Shown: in pieces, positions 50,725 through 62,824 of the stretch
How the letters are laid out: each line of letters starts with the position of its first letter
Position numbering within the stretch: the stretch's first letter is position 1
Source of the DNA: Fibrobacteria bacterium
GTDB taxonomy: Bacteria; Fibrobacterota; Chitinivibrionia; Chitinivibrionales; FEN-1185
DNA length: 64,000 bases
Direction: 5' to 3'
Assembly: GCA_037447435.1 (NCBI GenBank)
Contig: JBBIGR010000006.1
Location: 64,001 to 128,000, forward strand
Position numbers and translations under genes: made by a program
The notes under the pieces: model-generated
What the model saw: only the letters and a program-made list of their open reading frames with translations
Told to the model about the DNA's origin: nothing
Database searches by the model: none

Positions 50725-52230
50725 ATGAACATCAAACCAGAAGAAATCACCAGGATTATTCAGAATCAGATCGAGTCGTATGAGACAAGACTCGAAATGG
50801 TCTCGACCGGAACGGTGATCCAGGTGGGTGACGGTATCGCACGCGTATATGGCCTTGATAAATGTATGTACGCCGAACTTGTTGAATTTGAAAGCGGCGT
50901 GCGCGGTATGGCGCTTAACCTTGAGCCTGATAATGTCGGCGTTGTTATTTTCGGCGACGACACGGCCATAAAAGAAGGTGAAACGGTCCGCTGCACCGGC
51001 AAAATTATGGAAGTGCCTGTCGGTGACGAAATGATAGGACGTATCATCAACCCGCTCGGGCAACCGCTGGACGGGAAAGGTCCGATCAACGCGACGAAAC
51101 ACCGTTTGCTTGAAGACCGGGCCATGGGTGTCGTTGAACGTCAAGGGGTGAAAGAACCGCTTCTTACCGGCTGGAAAGCCATTGACTCCATGATTCCGAT
51201 CGGCCGCGGACAACGCGAACTTATAATCGGCGACCGGGGTACGGGAAAAACAGCCATTGCCATAGACACGATCCTCAATCAAAAAGGAACCGGCGTTATT
51301 TGTATTTACGTCGGCATCGGGCAAAAGCAATCGTCTATCGCACGCGTCCATAAGGTCCTTGAAGACAATGGCGCTATGGCCTATACGATTATCGTTTCAG
51401 CATCTGCCGCAGATCCCGCTCCCCTGCAATATATCGCACCGTATGCGGGCACGGCAATCGGCGAGGAATTCCGCGATAAAGGCGGTCACGCGCTTGTCAT
51501 TTACGACGATCTTTCGAAACACGCATATGCATATCGTCAATTGTCCCTTTTACTTCGGCGTCCGCCGGGGCGCGAAGCATATCCGGGCGATATTTTCAAT
51601 TTACACGCACGTTTGCTCGAGCGTTCGGCAAAATTGTCGGATAAGCTTGGCGGAGGCTCCCTCACCTCGCTGCCCATCATTGAAACGCAGGCAGGCGACG
51701 TGTCGGCATATATTCCGACAAACGTGATTTCAATTACCGACGGTCAGATTTACCTTGTGGGAAACCTGTTCAATTCGGGCGTCCGCCCGGCTATCGACGT
51801 CGGTATCTCGGTGTCGCGCGTCGGCGGAAAAGCGCAGTTCAAGGCAATGCGACAGGTTGCGGGCAAGTTGCGAATGGATTTAGCCCAGTACCGCGAACTG
51901 GCCGCATTCGCACAATTCGGTTCCGATCTCGACAAATCGGCCAAAGCGCTCATCACCCGCGGTGAACGTATGGTCGAAATTTTGAAGCAGGACGAACATG
52001 AGCCAATGCTTTTTGAGAACCAAATCCTCATTATCGCATCGGCTTCTTACGGGTTGCTCGACGATGTACCGGTTCCCCAGCTTCGCGTTTTGGAAAAGGA
52101 ATTGGCAAAATTCATGGAACGTTCGCACGGCGACGTGCTCAAGAACATCCGTGAACAAAAGGAAATTTCCGAAGAAACCAAGAAAAAGCTTATTTCGGCA
52201 GTGGAAGAATTTAAAAAGCAACGGATATAA
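50725..52230 (+). CDS. atpA: F1 subunit alpha
   Basis: [29 protein letters not shown]. Confidence 0.97.
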   Translation: MNIKPEEITRIIQNQIESYETRLEMVSTGTVIQVGDGIARVYGLDKCMYAELVEFESGVRGMALNLEPDNVGVVIFGDDTAIKEGETVRCTGKIMEVPVGDEMIGRIINPLGQPLDGKGPINATKHRLLEDRAMGVVERQGVKEPLLTGWKAIDSMIPIGRGQRELIIGDRGTGKTAIAIDTILNQKGTGVICIYVGIGQKQSSIARVHKVLEDNGAMAYTIIVSASAADPAPLQYIAPYAGTAIGEEFRDKGGHALVIYDDLSKHAYAYRQLSLLLRRPPGREAYPGDIFNLHARLLERSAKLSDKLGGGSLTSLPIIETQAGDVSAYIPTNVISITDGQIYLVGNLFNSGVRPAIDVGISVSRVGGKAQFKAMRQVAGKLRMDLAQYRELAAFAQFGSDLDKSAKALITRGERMVEILKQDEHEPMLFENQILIIASASYGLLDDVPVPQLRVLEKELAKFMERSHGDVLKNIREQKEISEETKKKLISAVEEFKKQRI

Positions 52231-52233
52231 ACA

Positions 52234-53088
52234 ATGGCGACCCCAAGAGACATAAAACGCAGGATCATCAGCGTAAAAAATACGCAGAAGATCACCAAGG
52301 CCATGCAGATGGTTGCATCGGTAAAGCTCCGCAAGGCCCGTGACCGTGTTATCGCCGCCAGGCCCTATTTTGAAAAGGTCACAAGCATTGCCCGACACCT
52401 GACATCGGCAATTTCGCCCGGTACGTCACCCTATCTCAAAACAGGCGAGAGTAAAAACCTCTGCCTGCTTGTCGTGGGCTCGGACAAAGGGCTATGCGGT
52501 GCGTTCAATGCCAATGTCGTCAAGAAGGCCATGGAAATCGTTCTTGCCAACAAAGGCAAGAACATAACCATAACGATAGTCGGCAAAAAGCCGATAGAGG
52601 CACTCAAACGGAAGCCGGTGACTCTTGGGGACAAATATCTGGATATGATGTTCAGCCCTAAATACGAAAGCGCCGAAACTGTCGGCAATAAAATCCTTGC
52701 GGATTTTACCAACGGTAGCATCGACGAAGTGATTGCGGTGTTTAATGAATTCAAACATCCCGCATCGCAAAAAATCACCACGGAAAAGCTGCTTCCCCTG
52801 CAACCCATGGAAGAGGAAAAGGGGCCGAAAGCAAGTTACATTTTTGAACCGTCGGCGGACGAGACGTTTGATGTTTTAATGCCGCAATATGTAAACGGCC
52901 AGATTTGGAAAATCTTTTTGGAATCCAATGCCGCTCAGCAAGCGGCCAGTATGGCAACCATGTATGCGGCCACGAAAAACGCAGGGAAACTCACGGATGC
53001 TTTGACATTGTATTATAATAAAGTTCGCCAGGCCATTATCACCAAGGAACTTTTGGAAATCGTTTCCGGTGCCGAAGCGCTGAAATAG
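52234..53088 (+). CDS. atpG: F1 subunit gamma
   Basis: KITKAMQMVAS, SDKGLCGAFN, RQAIITKEL. Confidence 0.96.
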   Translation: MATPRDIKRRIISVKNTQKITKAMQMVASVKLRKARDRVIAARPYFEKVTSIARHLTSAISPGTSPYLKTGESKNLCLLVVGSDKGLCGAFNANVVKKAMEIVLANKGKNITITIVGKKPIEALKRKPVTLGDKYLDMMFSPKYESAETVGNKILADFTNGSIDEVIAVFNEFKHPASQKITTEKLLPLQPMEEEKGPKASYIFEPSADETFDVLMPQYVNGQIWKIFLESNAAQQAASMATMYAATKNAGKLTDALTLYYNKVRQAIITKELLEIVSGAEALK

Positions 53089-53150
53089 TCATGTATTTCA
53101 TTAGAACGTTAACAGATGCACATTTTTCATACGATACAGTAAGCAAATAA

Positions 53151-54599
<1,449 letters not shown>

Positions 54600-54672
54600 G
54601 ATCGGATCAACAACATAAGCGCCCGGTTTTTGTAAATCGAAATCCGGGCGCAATCATCCCAATGAGTTTTAC

Positions 54673-55092
54673 ATGGAAGAAAAAAAATATCTTCTTGAAA
54701 TAGTGACGCCGGAAAAAAAGATTTTTTCCGAAAAGGATGTGGAGTTTTCCGTTTTTCCCGGTTCCGAAGGCGAACTCGGAATTTTGCCGGATCACGCTCC
54801 CCTTTTATCCCGGTTATCTCCCGGTGAAATCCGCATTACCCGCAATAAAGCGGTGGAATGTTTGGCGATCAACGGCGGTTTCCTGGAGGTTCGCAAAAAT
54901 GAAGTTTCGGTTATAACCGAAACGGCAGAGTTTGCAAAAGATATAAATATCGAGCGCGCCAAGCATGAAAAAGAAAGCGCCGAAGCCCAGGTCAAAAAGG
55001 CGCAATCGCCTGCAGAATACAAAGAAGCCGATTTACGATTAAAAAAAGCGGAAGCCAGACTTAAAGTCGCCGGAAAAGCCGCGTCGGTTTAG
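54673..55092 (+). CDS. atpC: F1 subunit epsilon
   Basis: LEIVTPE, GELGILPDHAP, GGFLEV. Confidence 0.95.
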   Translation: MEEKKYLLEIVTPEKKIFSEKDVEFSVFPGSEGELGILPDHAPLLSRLSPGEIRITRNKAVECLAINGGFLEVRKNEVSVITETAEFAKDINIERAKHEKESAEAQVKKAQSPAEYKEADLRLKKAEARLKVAGKAASV

Positions 55093-55107
55093 AGTACCTT
55101 CGGAACT

Positions 55108-55150
55108 CCTCAACTCCCTTTCCCCTTCTCCATTTATGGAGAAGGGGAAA
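55108..55150. repeat. REP-like palindrome, family copy 2 (may also terminate the atp operon)
   Basis: CCTCA..TTTCCCCTTCTCCAT-TT-ATGGAGAAGGGGAAA. Confidence 0.75.
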
Positions 55151-55298
55151 AATAAATACGAATAAAAATCATAACCACTATCGGACCGTCTCATCCATCG
55201 CGATGTCGCATTGTGTAATAATGACTTTGCGAAACCCGTACTGATGTAGGTATGGTATTCTTTTGTTTGAAAAAAGAGTATTGCAAAGGAGGATACTC

Positions 55299-56354
55299 AT
55301 GCGAGCAAAAATCGGCATCAACGGTTTCGGGAGGATCGGCAGGCAAGTTTTTAAAGCCATTTTGGAACGGTATGGAAACGAATTGGATATCGTAGCGATC
55401 AATGATCTATTTGATACCAAGACGAATGCGGCGCTTTTGAAATACGATTCCAGCTATGGGATGAACCACGCAAAAATTGAGGCCGCGGACAACGGCAATT
55501 TGATCGTGGACGGAAAAACCATTAAGGTATTCGCCGAAAAAGAGCCGGGAAATATCCCCTGGAGCGATTTGGGAGTGGACGTGGTTATCGAATCGACCGG
55601 TATATTTACAGATGCGATTGGAAACCCGGCTAAAGGGAAATCCGGGGCTTTGGTGCATATCGCAAAGGGTAAAGCGAAAAAAGTGATTATCTCGGCACCG
55701 GCGAAAAACGAAGACATCACGATTGTTTTGGGAGTCAACGACGGGGATTACGATCCAAAAATTCATCATATTATCTCAAACGCCTCTTGCACGACAAACT
55801 GTCTGGCTCCGGTCGCTAAAATCGTCCATGATAATTTAGGGATAATATCCGGCGTAATGACGACCATTCATTCCTATACAAACGATCAGGTCATACTGGA
55901 TCAGGGGCATAAGAAAGAACTGAGACGTTCACGCGCGGCCGGATTAAACATGATACCGACCACGTCGGGGGCGACAAAAGCGCTTGCACTGGTCATTCCG
56001 GATTTAAAGGGGAAATTCGACGGTTTTTCGATGCGTGTTCCGACGCCGACCGTTTCGGTCGTTGATTTTACTGCATCCGTTCAAAAACCGACGACGAAAG
56101 AAGAACTGAATGCCCTTTTTACTGAAGCGTCGATGGACGCGTTCAAGGGCATAGTCGGTGTTACCACAGGAGAATATAGCGACCCGCTCGTGTCCATGGA
56201 CTTTAAGGGCGATGACCGCTCGGCAATCGTCGATTTACCGACAACGATGGTCGTTTGCGGAACATTGGTAAAAGTGCTGGCATGGTATGACAACGAATGG
56301 GGGTATTCGTGCCGCGTCGCAGACTTGGCGCATAAGATTGCCTCGTTCATTTGA
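55299..56354 (+). CDS. gap: Type I glyceraldehyde-3-phosphate dehydrogenase
   Basis: [40 protein letters not shown] before ATG at 55299. Confidence 0.97.
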   Translation: MRAKIGINGFGRIGRQVFKAILERYGNELDIVAINDLFDTKTNAALLKYDSSYGMNHAKIEAADNGNLIVDGKTIKVFAEKEPGNIPWSDLGVDVVIESTGIFTDAIGNPAKGKSGALVHIAKGKAKKVIISAPAKNEDITIVLGVNDGDYDPKIHHIISNASCTTNCLAPVAKIVHDNLGIISGVMTTIHSYTNDQVILDQGHKKELRRSRAAGLNMIPTTSGATKALALVIPDLKGKFDGFSMRVPTPTVSVVDFTASVQKPTTKEELNALFTEASMDAFKGIVGVTTGEYSDPLVSMDFKGDDRSAIVDLPTTMVVCGTLVKVLAWYDNEWGYSCRVADLAHKIASFI

Positions 56355-56668
56355 CAGATTGGGCAACATAAAGTAACCCCTTGTATTTTCATCAGTATGT
56401 CGGTTTTTCCCCGGTTACTTCTTGATAAGGACTGTAAACAACGAGGATACATTTTCTTTTACGCTTATCTGGAATTTCAAGCTATTATTAAAAAAAACGT
56501 TAGATTACAAACATATACCCATTTGTTCACAGTTTAAATCATCGATTCGTGAACAGTCGGGATAGCCCGTTTTCATAGTCAGTTTGTGTTTCGGGGGAAT
56601 TTAAGCGGTTAGTTACCCGGTTAAGTGAAACAGATCAAATTACTTTTTCTTTTTCAGGAGTGTTACTC

Positions 56669-58888
56669 ATGAGAAATGCAGTGTTGGGCATGCTTTTGCT
56701 TATTTCCGCGGTTTGCGGACAAAGCGTCTCCATTTCCGGAAAAGTCTCCAATTCCGGCGGACAAGGAATTGAGGGAGCAGTGGTAAAACTGTTCGCTCAA
56801 TCCATGGCCTGCACAACCAATGCGGACGGATCGTACACTTTGTCGGGATCCACCGGTATAAAGCCGTTTTCCTTGTCTCAAAAATTTAGCAGCATCGCTT
56901 ATAAAAACGGTTCTTTTATTTTCAAATCGTCCTCTTTTGGACCTTTGTCGGTACGGCTTTACGACTTGAGCGGCAGAACCGTCGCACGGGTCTTTTCGGG
57001 ATCGATCAATGCCGGTACTACGGCCATCCCCTTTTCTCTTGATCGCGTTTGCAAATCGGTGCTCATTTTGCGGGTTGCGATGGCGGGAAATGAGTTTGCC
57101 TATACGCTCGTACCCTCGAATGCAAAAACCTTTGAGATTTCCTCGATTCCTTCTTCACAAGCAGGATTGCAAAAAACATTGGCTACGGTAGATTGGCTGC
57201 AGGCAAGCAAGTCGGGCTATGCTGCAGGCATTCAGCAAATAACCTCTTATAGCGGGGTAATCAATTTTACACTTTCGGCGCCGACCGCCCCGAATTTCGG
57301 ACCCAATGTAAAGATTTTCGACCCAACGATGTCCGCCAGCTCGATTCAATCGGGAATGGGCTTTTCGACAAATGAATTCAGCACCAATCGCGTAGCCTGG
57401 TTTTTCAAACCCGGAAGCTACAATCTTACGATTACAACAAATTACTACATACAAGCCTATGGTCTCGGGGTTTCGCCTGAATCGACCCAGGTGACCGGTG
57501 CAGTGCAGAATACCGACGGAGGCCTTACTGCCTTCTGGCGCGGTGTCGAGGGTTTCACCGTAAACGGAAACGATACATGGGCAGTGTCCCAGGCGGATCC
57601 GTTCCGTCGCATGCATATAAAAGGCAATTTGAACCTCTGCAATAGCGGCGGAAGCGGCGGATTCGTATCCGACTGCAAAGTCGACGGTCAGATAGCTACC
57701 GGTTGCCAACAACAATTCTATTTCCGTAACAATACTCTCGGAACGGTTAACGCAGGCGGCTGGAGCTTTTTATTTCAAGGTTGCGACAATCCGCCGACCG
57801 CGAACTGGCCGGGCGGTTCCATCAGCGTTGTCGCAAAGACCCCGCTGGTACGTGAAAAACCGTATGTCATTTTTGAGGGCGGAAGCTATGCGGTCTTTGT
57901 CCCTGCCTGGCGTACTACGTCGTCGGGAACAGACTGGTACAACCAAACCCCGCAGGGAGAGAGAATTCCTATCGATCAATTCTACATTGCGCAATCGTCT
58001 ACCGATAACGCAACGACAATCAACGCCGCGCTCGCGGCAGGCAAAAACCTGATCCTTTCGCCCGGTATCTATCAGGTGAGTGCGCCCATTCTCGTCACCC
58101 GGCCCAATACGGTTGTGCTTGGCCTCGGTATGGCAACCCTGAAACCGCAAAACGGCGTGATCGCATTGAAGACCGCGGACGTGCCCGGAATCATCATCTC
58201 CAATATCCTATTTGATGCCGGAACCGCTCAATCTCCTTGCCTGTTGCAAGTCGGCGATTCGGCCAGTACAAGCAATTACAGCACTAATCCTACTATCGTA
58301 TGCGACATATTCGGCCGTATCGGCGGCGGCGGAAACGCCCAGGCCAAAGTCCACGTAATCTTAAACAGCAACTATTCCATTCTCGATCATTGCTGGTTAT
58401 GGCGTGCAGACCATGGTTCGGGCGCAGGCTGGACATCGAATCCCTGCCCCAACGGTTTGATCGTCAATGGAAACAACTGCATCACCTACGGCCAAATGGT
58501 GGAGCACAATCAGCAGCATAACACGATATGGAACGGTAATAGCGGACAAATGTTTTTCTACCAGAACGAGCTTCCCTACGATGTCGCGACGCAGGCTGAT
58601 TTTAAGGATGGTACAAAAAACGGGTGGTCGGCACTGTACGTGACACCCGGGGTGACCAAATTTGCCGGTTATAGTATTGGAATTTACTCATACTTTAACC
58701 GGACCTATGTCGAAGAGGCAAACGCCATCGAATGTCCCAAACTGCCCGGAATAGAAATTCATCACGTGGTCACCTTTTCACTGGGGAGCGATCAGGGACA
58801 GATCACGCATGTTGTCAATGACACGGGCGCTACGGCGAAATGGACCGCGACACCGATGATCAGGTTCGGCGATTATATCGGGCATTGA
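56669..58888 (+). CDS. Secreted GH55 exo-beta-1,3-glucanase (actinobacterial type) with an N-terminal composite module
   Basis: FGPNVKIFDP, FWRGVE, WAVSQA.PFRRMHI.G, SGGF..D, QQQF, WLWRADHG, FYQNELPYD; CAGGAG RBS. Confidence 0.85.
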   Translation: MRNAVLGMLLLISAVCGQSVSISGKVSNSGGQGIEGAVVKLFAQSMACTTNADGSYTLSGSTGIKPFSLSQKFSSIAYKNGSFIFKSSSFGPLSVRLYDLSGRTVARVFSGSINAGTTAIPFSLDRVCKSVLILRVAMAGNEFAYTLVPSNAKTFEISSIPSSQAGLQKTLATVDWLQASKSGYAAGIQQITSYSGVINFTLSAPTAPNFGPNVKIFDPTMSASSIQSGMGFSTNEFSTNRVAWFFKPGSYNLTITTNYYIQAYGLGVSPESTQVTGAVQNTDGGLTAFWRGVEGFTVNGNDTWAVSQADPFRRMHIKGNLNLCNSGGSGGFVSDCKVDGQIATGCQQQFYFRNNTLGTVNAGGWSFLFQGCDNPPTANWPGGSISVVAKTPLVREKPYVIFEGGSYAVFVPAWRTTSSGTDWYNQTPQGERIPIDQFYIAQSSTDNATTINAALAAGKNLILSPGIYQVSAPILVTRPNTVVLGLGMATLKPQNGVIALKTADVPGIIISNILFDAGTAQSPCLLQVGDSASTSNYSTNPTIVCDIFGRIGGGGNAQAKVHVILNSNYSILDHCWLWRADHGSGAGWTSNPCPNGLIVNGNNCITYGQMVEHNQQHNTIWNGNSGQMFFYQNELPYDVATQADFKDGTKNGWSALYVTPGVTKFAGYSIGIYSYFNRTYVEEANAIECPKLPGIEIHHVVTFSLGSDQGQITHVVNDTGATAKWTATPMIRFGDYIGH

Positions 58889-58904
58889 GAACATAATCCA
58901 TTCG

Positions 58905-58945
58905 CCTCATCCATACCCCTTCTCCATTTATGGAGAAGGGGTATG
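58905..58945. repeat. REP-like palindrome, family copy 3
   Basis: CCTCA..CATACCCCTTCTCCAT-TT-ATGGAGAAGGGGTATG; 26-bp core identical to 55122-55147. Confidence 0.75.
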
Positions 58946-59153
58946 TTATTTCACGTGAAAGCGGTAAATCCTTGTGCAGAGGGCAATGAATTCCTTTGGG
59001 GTAACGCCGGCCTTGCAGTCGTTGACAAGCCACGAGCAAATTTCGAATGCGGCGTGCGTTTCGTTCGGTTCGATATGATCGACCGTGGGAAGCAATGAGA
59101 ATTCCTTTTACATCCGGTCAAGAACTAAATTTATAAGCCGGAAAGGAATTCGC

Positions 59154-59933
59154 ATGAAGAGCATCTTACTCGCCGTAATCATCTTATGTATCAACTGTAC
59201 GCCCCTAGTCAACAGATTGTCGTTTTTTCCGTCTAAAGATGAGCACCGGTATGCCCGCACGCCGCATTTTAGAGAACTGTTCATCAAAACAAAAGACGGA
59301 AAAACCTTGCAGTCTTTCCTTTTTGCGAACGACAGTTCAAAAACTATTCTTTTATACTTTCATGGAAATGCCGGAAATGCATCCCATCGATTTCCCGAAT
59401 TGATCAAATTCGCTGAAATGGGAATAAACGTATTTGCGGTCAGCTATCGCGGCTTCGGCAAAAGCACGGGCCATCCCAGTGAGAAGGGCATTTATAAAGA
59501 CGGCATTGCCGCCTATGAATATATTAGGGACACGCTTAATTTCAAGGAAAGCAATATTTTCATTTGCGGACGAAGCATAGGGACGACAGCGGCAATCAAC
59601 ACCGCAATGGACAAGAAAATAAAAGGGCTGTTATTGGTCACTCCATTAACAAACGCTAAAGAATACGCGGCGTTCCACGGTTTAGGGTACCTGTCTTTTA
59701 TTGCCGGCAACGCATTTGACAATATCGGGAAGGTCAACAAAATTACTTGTAAAGTTATGATAATCCATGGAACCGATGATGAGGTAATTCCCTATTCCCA
59801 GGGAAAAAAACTGTTTGATGCCGTTTTGGGCGAAAAGTCCTTTATCACCATTACAAATGGTACACACAACGCATTGGAACTGCAGGATTCTCTGACCTAT
59901 TGGACATCGATTCAACAATTTCTGAACAAATGA
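59154..59933 (+). CDS. Alpha/beta hydrolase (ABHD13/BEM46-like), probable lipoprotein
   Basis: LYFHGNAGN, YRGFGKSTGHPSEKG, GRSIG, HGTDDEVIP, GTHN; N-terminal hydrophobic stretch ending in Cys. Confidence 0.85.
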   Translation: MKSILLAVIILCINCTPLVNRLSFFPSKDEHRYARTPHFRELFIKTKDGKTLQSFLFANDSSKTILLYFHGNAGNASHRFPELIKFAEMGINVFAVSYRGFGKSTGHPSEKGIYKDGIAAYEYIRDTLNFKESNIFICGRSIGTTAAINTAMDKKIKGLLLVTPLTNAKEYAAFHGLGYLSFIAGNAFDNIGKVNKITCKVMIIHGTDDEVIPYSQGKKLFDAVLGEKSFITITNGTHNALELQDSLTYWTSIQQFLNK

Positions 59934-59962
59934 CCGTTCCGGGAACGCCCGACAAATTGCTC

Positions 59963-60424
59963 CTACTTCATTGTTGGCGTAATGCCGACCTCGACGCAAC
60001 TGGCGTAGGAATTGGCGATAAAGCAATTGTCGTGCGCGCGGGTATGGAGCACGTCGAACTGTTCCTGCGTGGGAGCCTTGCCGTCGGCAAATTTCACCTG
60101 AGGGCGCAATTCCACTTTGGTAATGGCGGTTTTACCCGAATTGTTTTTCCCGAGCACCGCAACTGCCGCATCGGTATAGGAATCGACCACATAGCCGCGG
60201 CGGGAACATAATGCCAAAAAGGTGAGCATATGGCAACTCGACAGCGAGGCGGCAAATCCTTGTTCGGGATTGACGCATTGGGGGTTGCCGAAAAAATCCG
60301 GAGCCGACGACGCGCATATTTTATTGTCGTTCCCGAAATGCCAAATATGATCTCTGCTGTATTTTTCATATGTAAAATCATCGGACTTTCGTGTCCATTC
60401 GACGCTGATAAGGTGTTCCGACAT
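59963..60424 (-). CDS. OsmC/Ohr-family protein
   Basis: YSRDH.W, NPEQ..ASLSSCHMLTFL, AHDNCFIANS; ATG at 60424. Confidence 0.9.
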   Translation of the reverse strand: MSEHLISVEWTRKSDDFTYEKYSRDHIWHFGNDNKICASSAPDFFGNPQCVNPEQGFAASLSSCHMLTFLALCSRRGYVVDSYTDAAVAVLGKNNSGKTAITKVELRPQVKFADGKAPTQEQFDVLHTRAHDNCFIANSYASCVEVGITPTMK

Positions 60425-60617
60425 TGCATTTTCCTTTTTTGAAATGTACATAAGATCCGTTGAAAGCCCCTGAGAAACCTCGGAGGATCGCAATTGCAAG
60501 CAGATATTTGTCGTGCCGTAAGCTGCCTGAAATGCGCTCGCTTTAAGGTTCAATTAATAGTATTTTATCCGTTCACCGGCAAACGCTGGAAATATAAAAT
60601 ATACGGAAAAACGCTTC

Positions 60618-61454
60618 ATGATTAAAAATATTACACTGACGATGCGCATTTTATGGAAAATTATAACGTTCTGCTTTCTTACCTATGCGGTGGTATTTTC
60701 GGTAGCAGGCACCATTGCAATTGTTTACGGCTATATGACGTTGACAAAACCCCTGCGGGACGTCCAGTTTTTGATAGACCATAATCCAAAAGAAACCGCA
60801 TACATGACCATATACCGCGGGGAGCTGCGGGCAAAAGGAAAGCCCGACACGTTGACCATCAGATTCGTTCCCCTCGATTCGATCGCAAAAAACCTGCAAA
60901 ACGCGGTCGTTGCTTCGGAAGATGACGGATTTTATACGCACCCGGGGATCGATATCGAGGCGATACTCAAGGCAGCCGAATACAATAGGGAAAAAAACAA
61001 GATGGCCAGAGGCGCCAGCACCATTACCCAGCAATTAGCCAAAAACCTGTTTTTGGACGGCGATAAGAATTTCCTCAGAAAAGCCAAGGAATTCGGCTAC
61101 ACCCTGCTATTGGAAAAATATTTGACAAAAAAGAGAATATTGGAACTGTATCTGAATTACGCGCAATGGGGCGAAACGGTTTTCGGATGCGAAGCGGCCT
61201 CCCGGATGTATTATAAAAAACCGTGCTCGCATTTATCGATTCAAGAAGCCTCGCGCATGGCCGCAACCCTTGCCATGCCCAGCCGCGTAACGCCGCTCAA
61301 TACCGCCAGCGTCTTTATCCAGAAACGGGTCGAGGTCATTGCCAATAATTTGTACCGGCGCCATATGATAGACGATTCGGGCTATACCGTTGTTTCGGGC
61401 CTTGCCGCTCCCAAAGATTCATCGGACGATTCAATGAGCGGCGACGGTAATTGA
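60618..61454 (+). CDS. mtgA: Monofunctional peptidoglycan transglycosylase (GT51)
   Basis: SEDDGFYTHPG, RGASTITQQLAKNLF, RKAKE, KRILELYLN. Confidence 0.88.
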   Translation: MIKNITLTMRILWKIITFCFLTYAVVFSVAGTIAIVYGYMTLTKPLRDVQFLIDHNPKETAYMTIYRGELRAKGKPDTLTIRFVPLDSIAKNLQNAVVASEDDGFYTHPGIDIEAILKAAEYNREKNKMARGASTITQQLAKNLFLDGDKNFLRKAKEFGYTLLLEKYLTKKRILELYLNYAQWGETVFGCEAASRMYYKKPCSHLSIQEASRMAATLAMPSRVTPLNTASVFIQKRVEVIANNLYRRHMIDDSGYTVVSGLAAPKDSSDDSMSGDGN

Positions 61455-61471
61455 CCACTGGTACGGTCGTC

Positions 61472-62824
61472 TCACCGTTTTTCGATCCCGAGTTGAGAAA
61501 TTTTCCTATGTAAATTTGTCCGCTGCAACCCGAGCACTTCGGCTGTCCGCGGAATGTCCCAATTGTTCAATTCGAGCTGCGTCGTGACATAGCGCCGCTC
61601 GAGTTCGTCCTGGGCCGCGGACAAAAGCATGGGTTTTGTAAATATCGATTCGGAATCGTTTTTCGCGCCCTCTCCTATTCCTGCCGCATCTGCGCCGCTT
61701 ATCCGGTTTCCCGCGGACATTATGGCCAAACGTTCCACGATGTTGCGAAGCTCGCGGATATTGCCGGGAAACGGCTGCGACATAAGCACGGCAAGCGCGT
61801 CCTGCGAAAGGAGTTTTTGCGTGATGCCGTTTTCCCGGCAATACACGCTCAGGAAATACTCTGCCAAGGCGGGGACATCCTCGCGACGCATTGCCAACGG
61901 AGGTACATGAATGGGAACCACATTGAGCCGGTAATACAGGTCTTGCCGGAATTTCGACTCTTCGATAAGTTTGAGCAGATCGCGATGCGTTGCCGCAATG
62001 ATACGGACGTCGACGCGAATGGTTTTCGTTCCGCCGACCCGTTCGAATTCGCCTTCCTGAATCGCACGCAAAACCTTGGTTTGCGTCGCGAAATCCATAT
62101 CGCCGATTTCATCGAGAAACAGCGTCCCTTTGTCGGCACACTCGAATTTTCCTTGTTTCGCGCTTATCGCACCGGTAAAGGATCCTTTTTCGTGGCCGAA
62201 CAATTCGCTTTCGATGAGGTTTTGCGGTATTGCGGCGCAATTGACTTTGACGAACGGGCCCGCCGCGCGAGCGCTGTTTTTATGCAGCGCATAGGCGACC
62301 AGCTCCTTGCCGGTCCCACTTTCCCCGGTAATGAGCACCCGTCCGGACGTTGGGGCGACTTTTTGAATTTCACTGTTGATTTTTTGCAATGCGGGGCTTT
62401 TTCCGATCATCGCGTAGCGTTCGTCGTCGCGCTGGCGGAAGCTACGCAATTCGTCGCGATGTTTTTTCGCATCGGCCGCATGCCGCACGATTTGCTTGAC
62501 TTCTATCATGGACAGCGGCTTTTGCAGGAAATGATAGGCGCTGGCCTTTATCGCCCGCACCGCGGACTCGATGGTGCCATGCCCCGAAATCATGACGACC
62601 TCGCAGTATTGCGCCTGACCTTTAAGATCGGTCAATAAAGTCAGGCCGTCTTTTTTGGGCATTTGTATGTCCACGAGCACGACGTCGGCACCGTCTTCGA
62701 TAAAGCAGCGCAACCCTTGCTCCCCGTCTTCGGCCAACATGACGTCGTGACCTTCGTCGGTGAGTATTTCCGCCAGGGTCTTGCGGATATTTTCTTCGTC
62801 GTCAACTACGAGTATCTTCGACAT
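61472..62824 (-). CDS. Sigma54-type response regulator (NtrX-like)
   Basis: Receiver with [33 protein letters not shown]. Confidence 0.9.
   Translation of the reverse strand: MSKILVVDDEENIRKTLAEILTDEGHDVMLAEDGEQGLRCFIEDGADVVLVDIQMPKKDGLTLLTDLKGQAQYCEVVMISGHGTIESAVRAIKASAYHFLQKPLSMIEVKQIVRHAADAKKHRDELRSFRQRDDERYAMIGKSPALQKINSEIQKVAPTSGRVLITGESGTGKELVAYALHKNSARAAGPFVKVNCAAIPQNLIESELFGHEKGSFTGAISAKQGKFECADKGTLFLDEIGDMDFATQTKVLRAIQEGEFERVGGTKTIRVDVRIIAATHRDLLKLIEESKFRQDLYYRLNVVPIHVPPLAMRREDVPALAEYFLSVYCRENGITQKLLSQDALAVLMSQPFPGNIRELRNIVERLAIMSAGNRISGADAAGIGEGAKNDSESIFTKPMLLSAAQDELERRYVTTQLELNNWDIPRTAEVLGLQRTNLHRKISQLGIEKR

Noticed and set aside
50335..51351. Long antisense ORFs (also 5130-6047, 53934-54653, 61817-62638, 454-1182)
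   Set aside because: They are shadows of conserved genes on the opposite strand and have no recognisable motifs.
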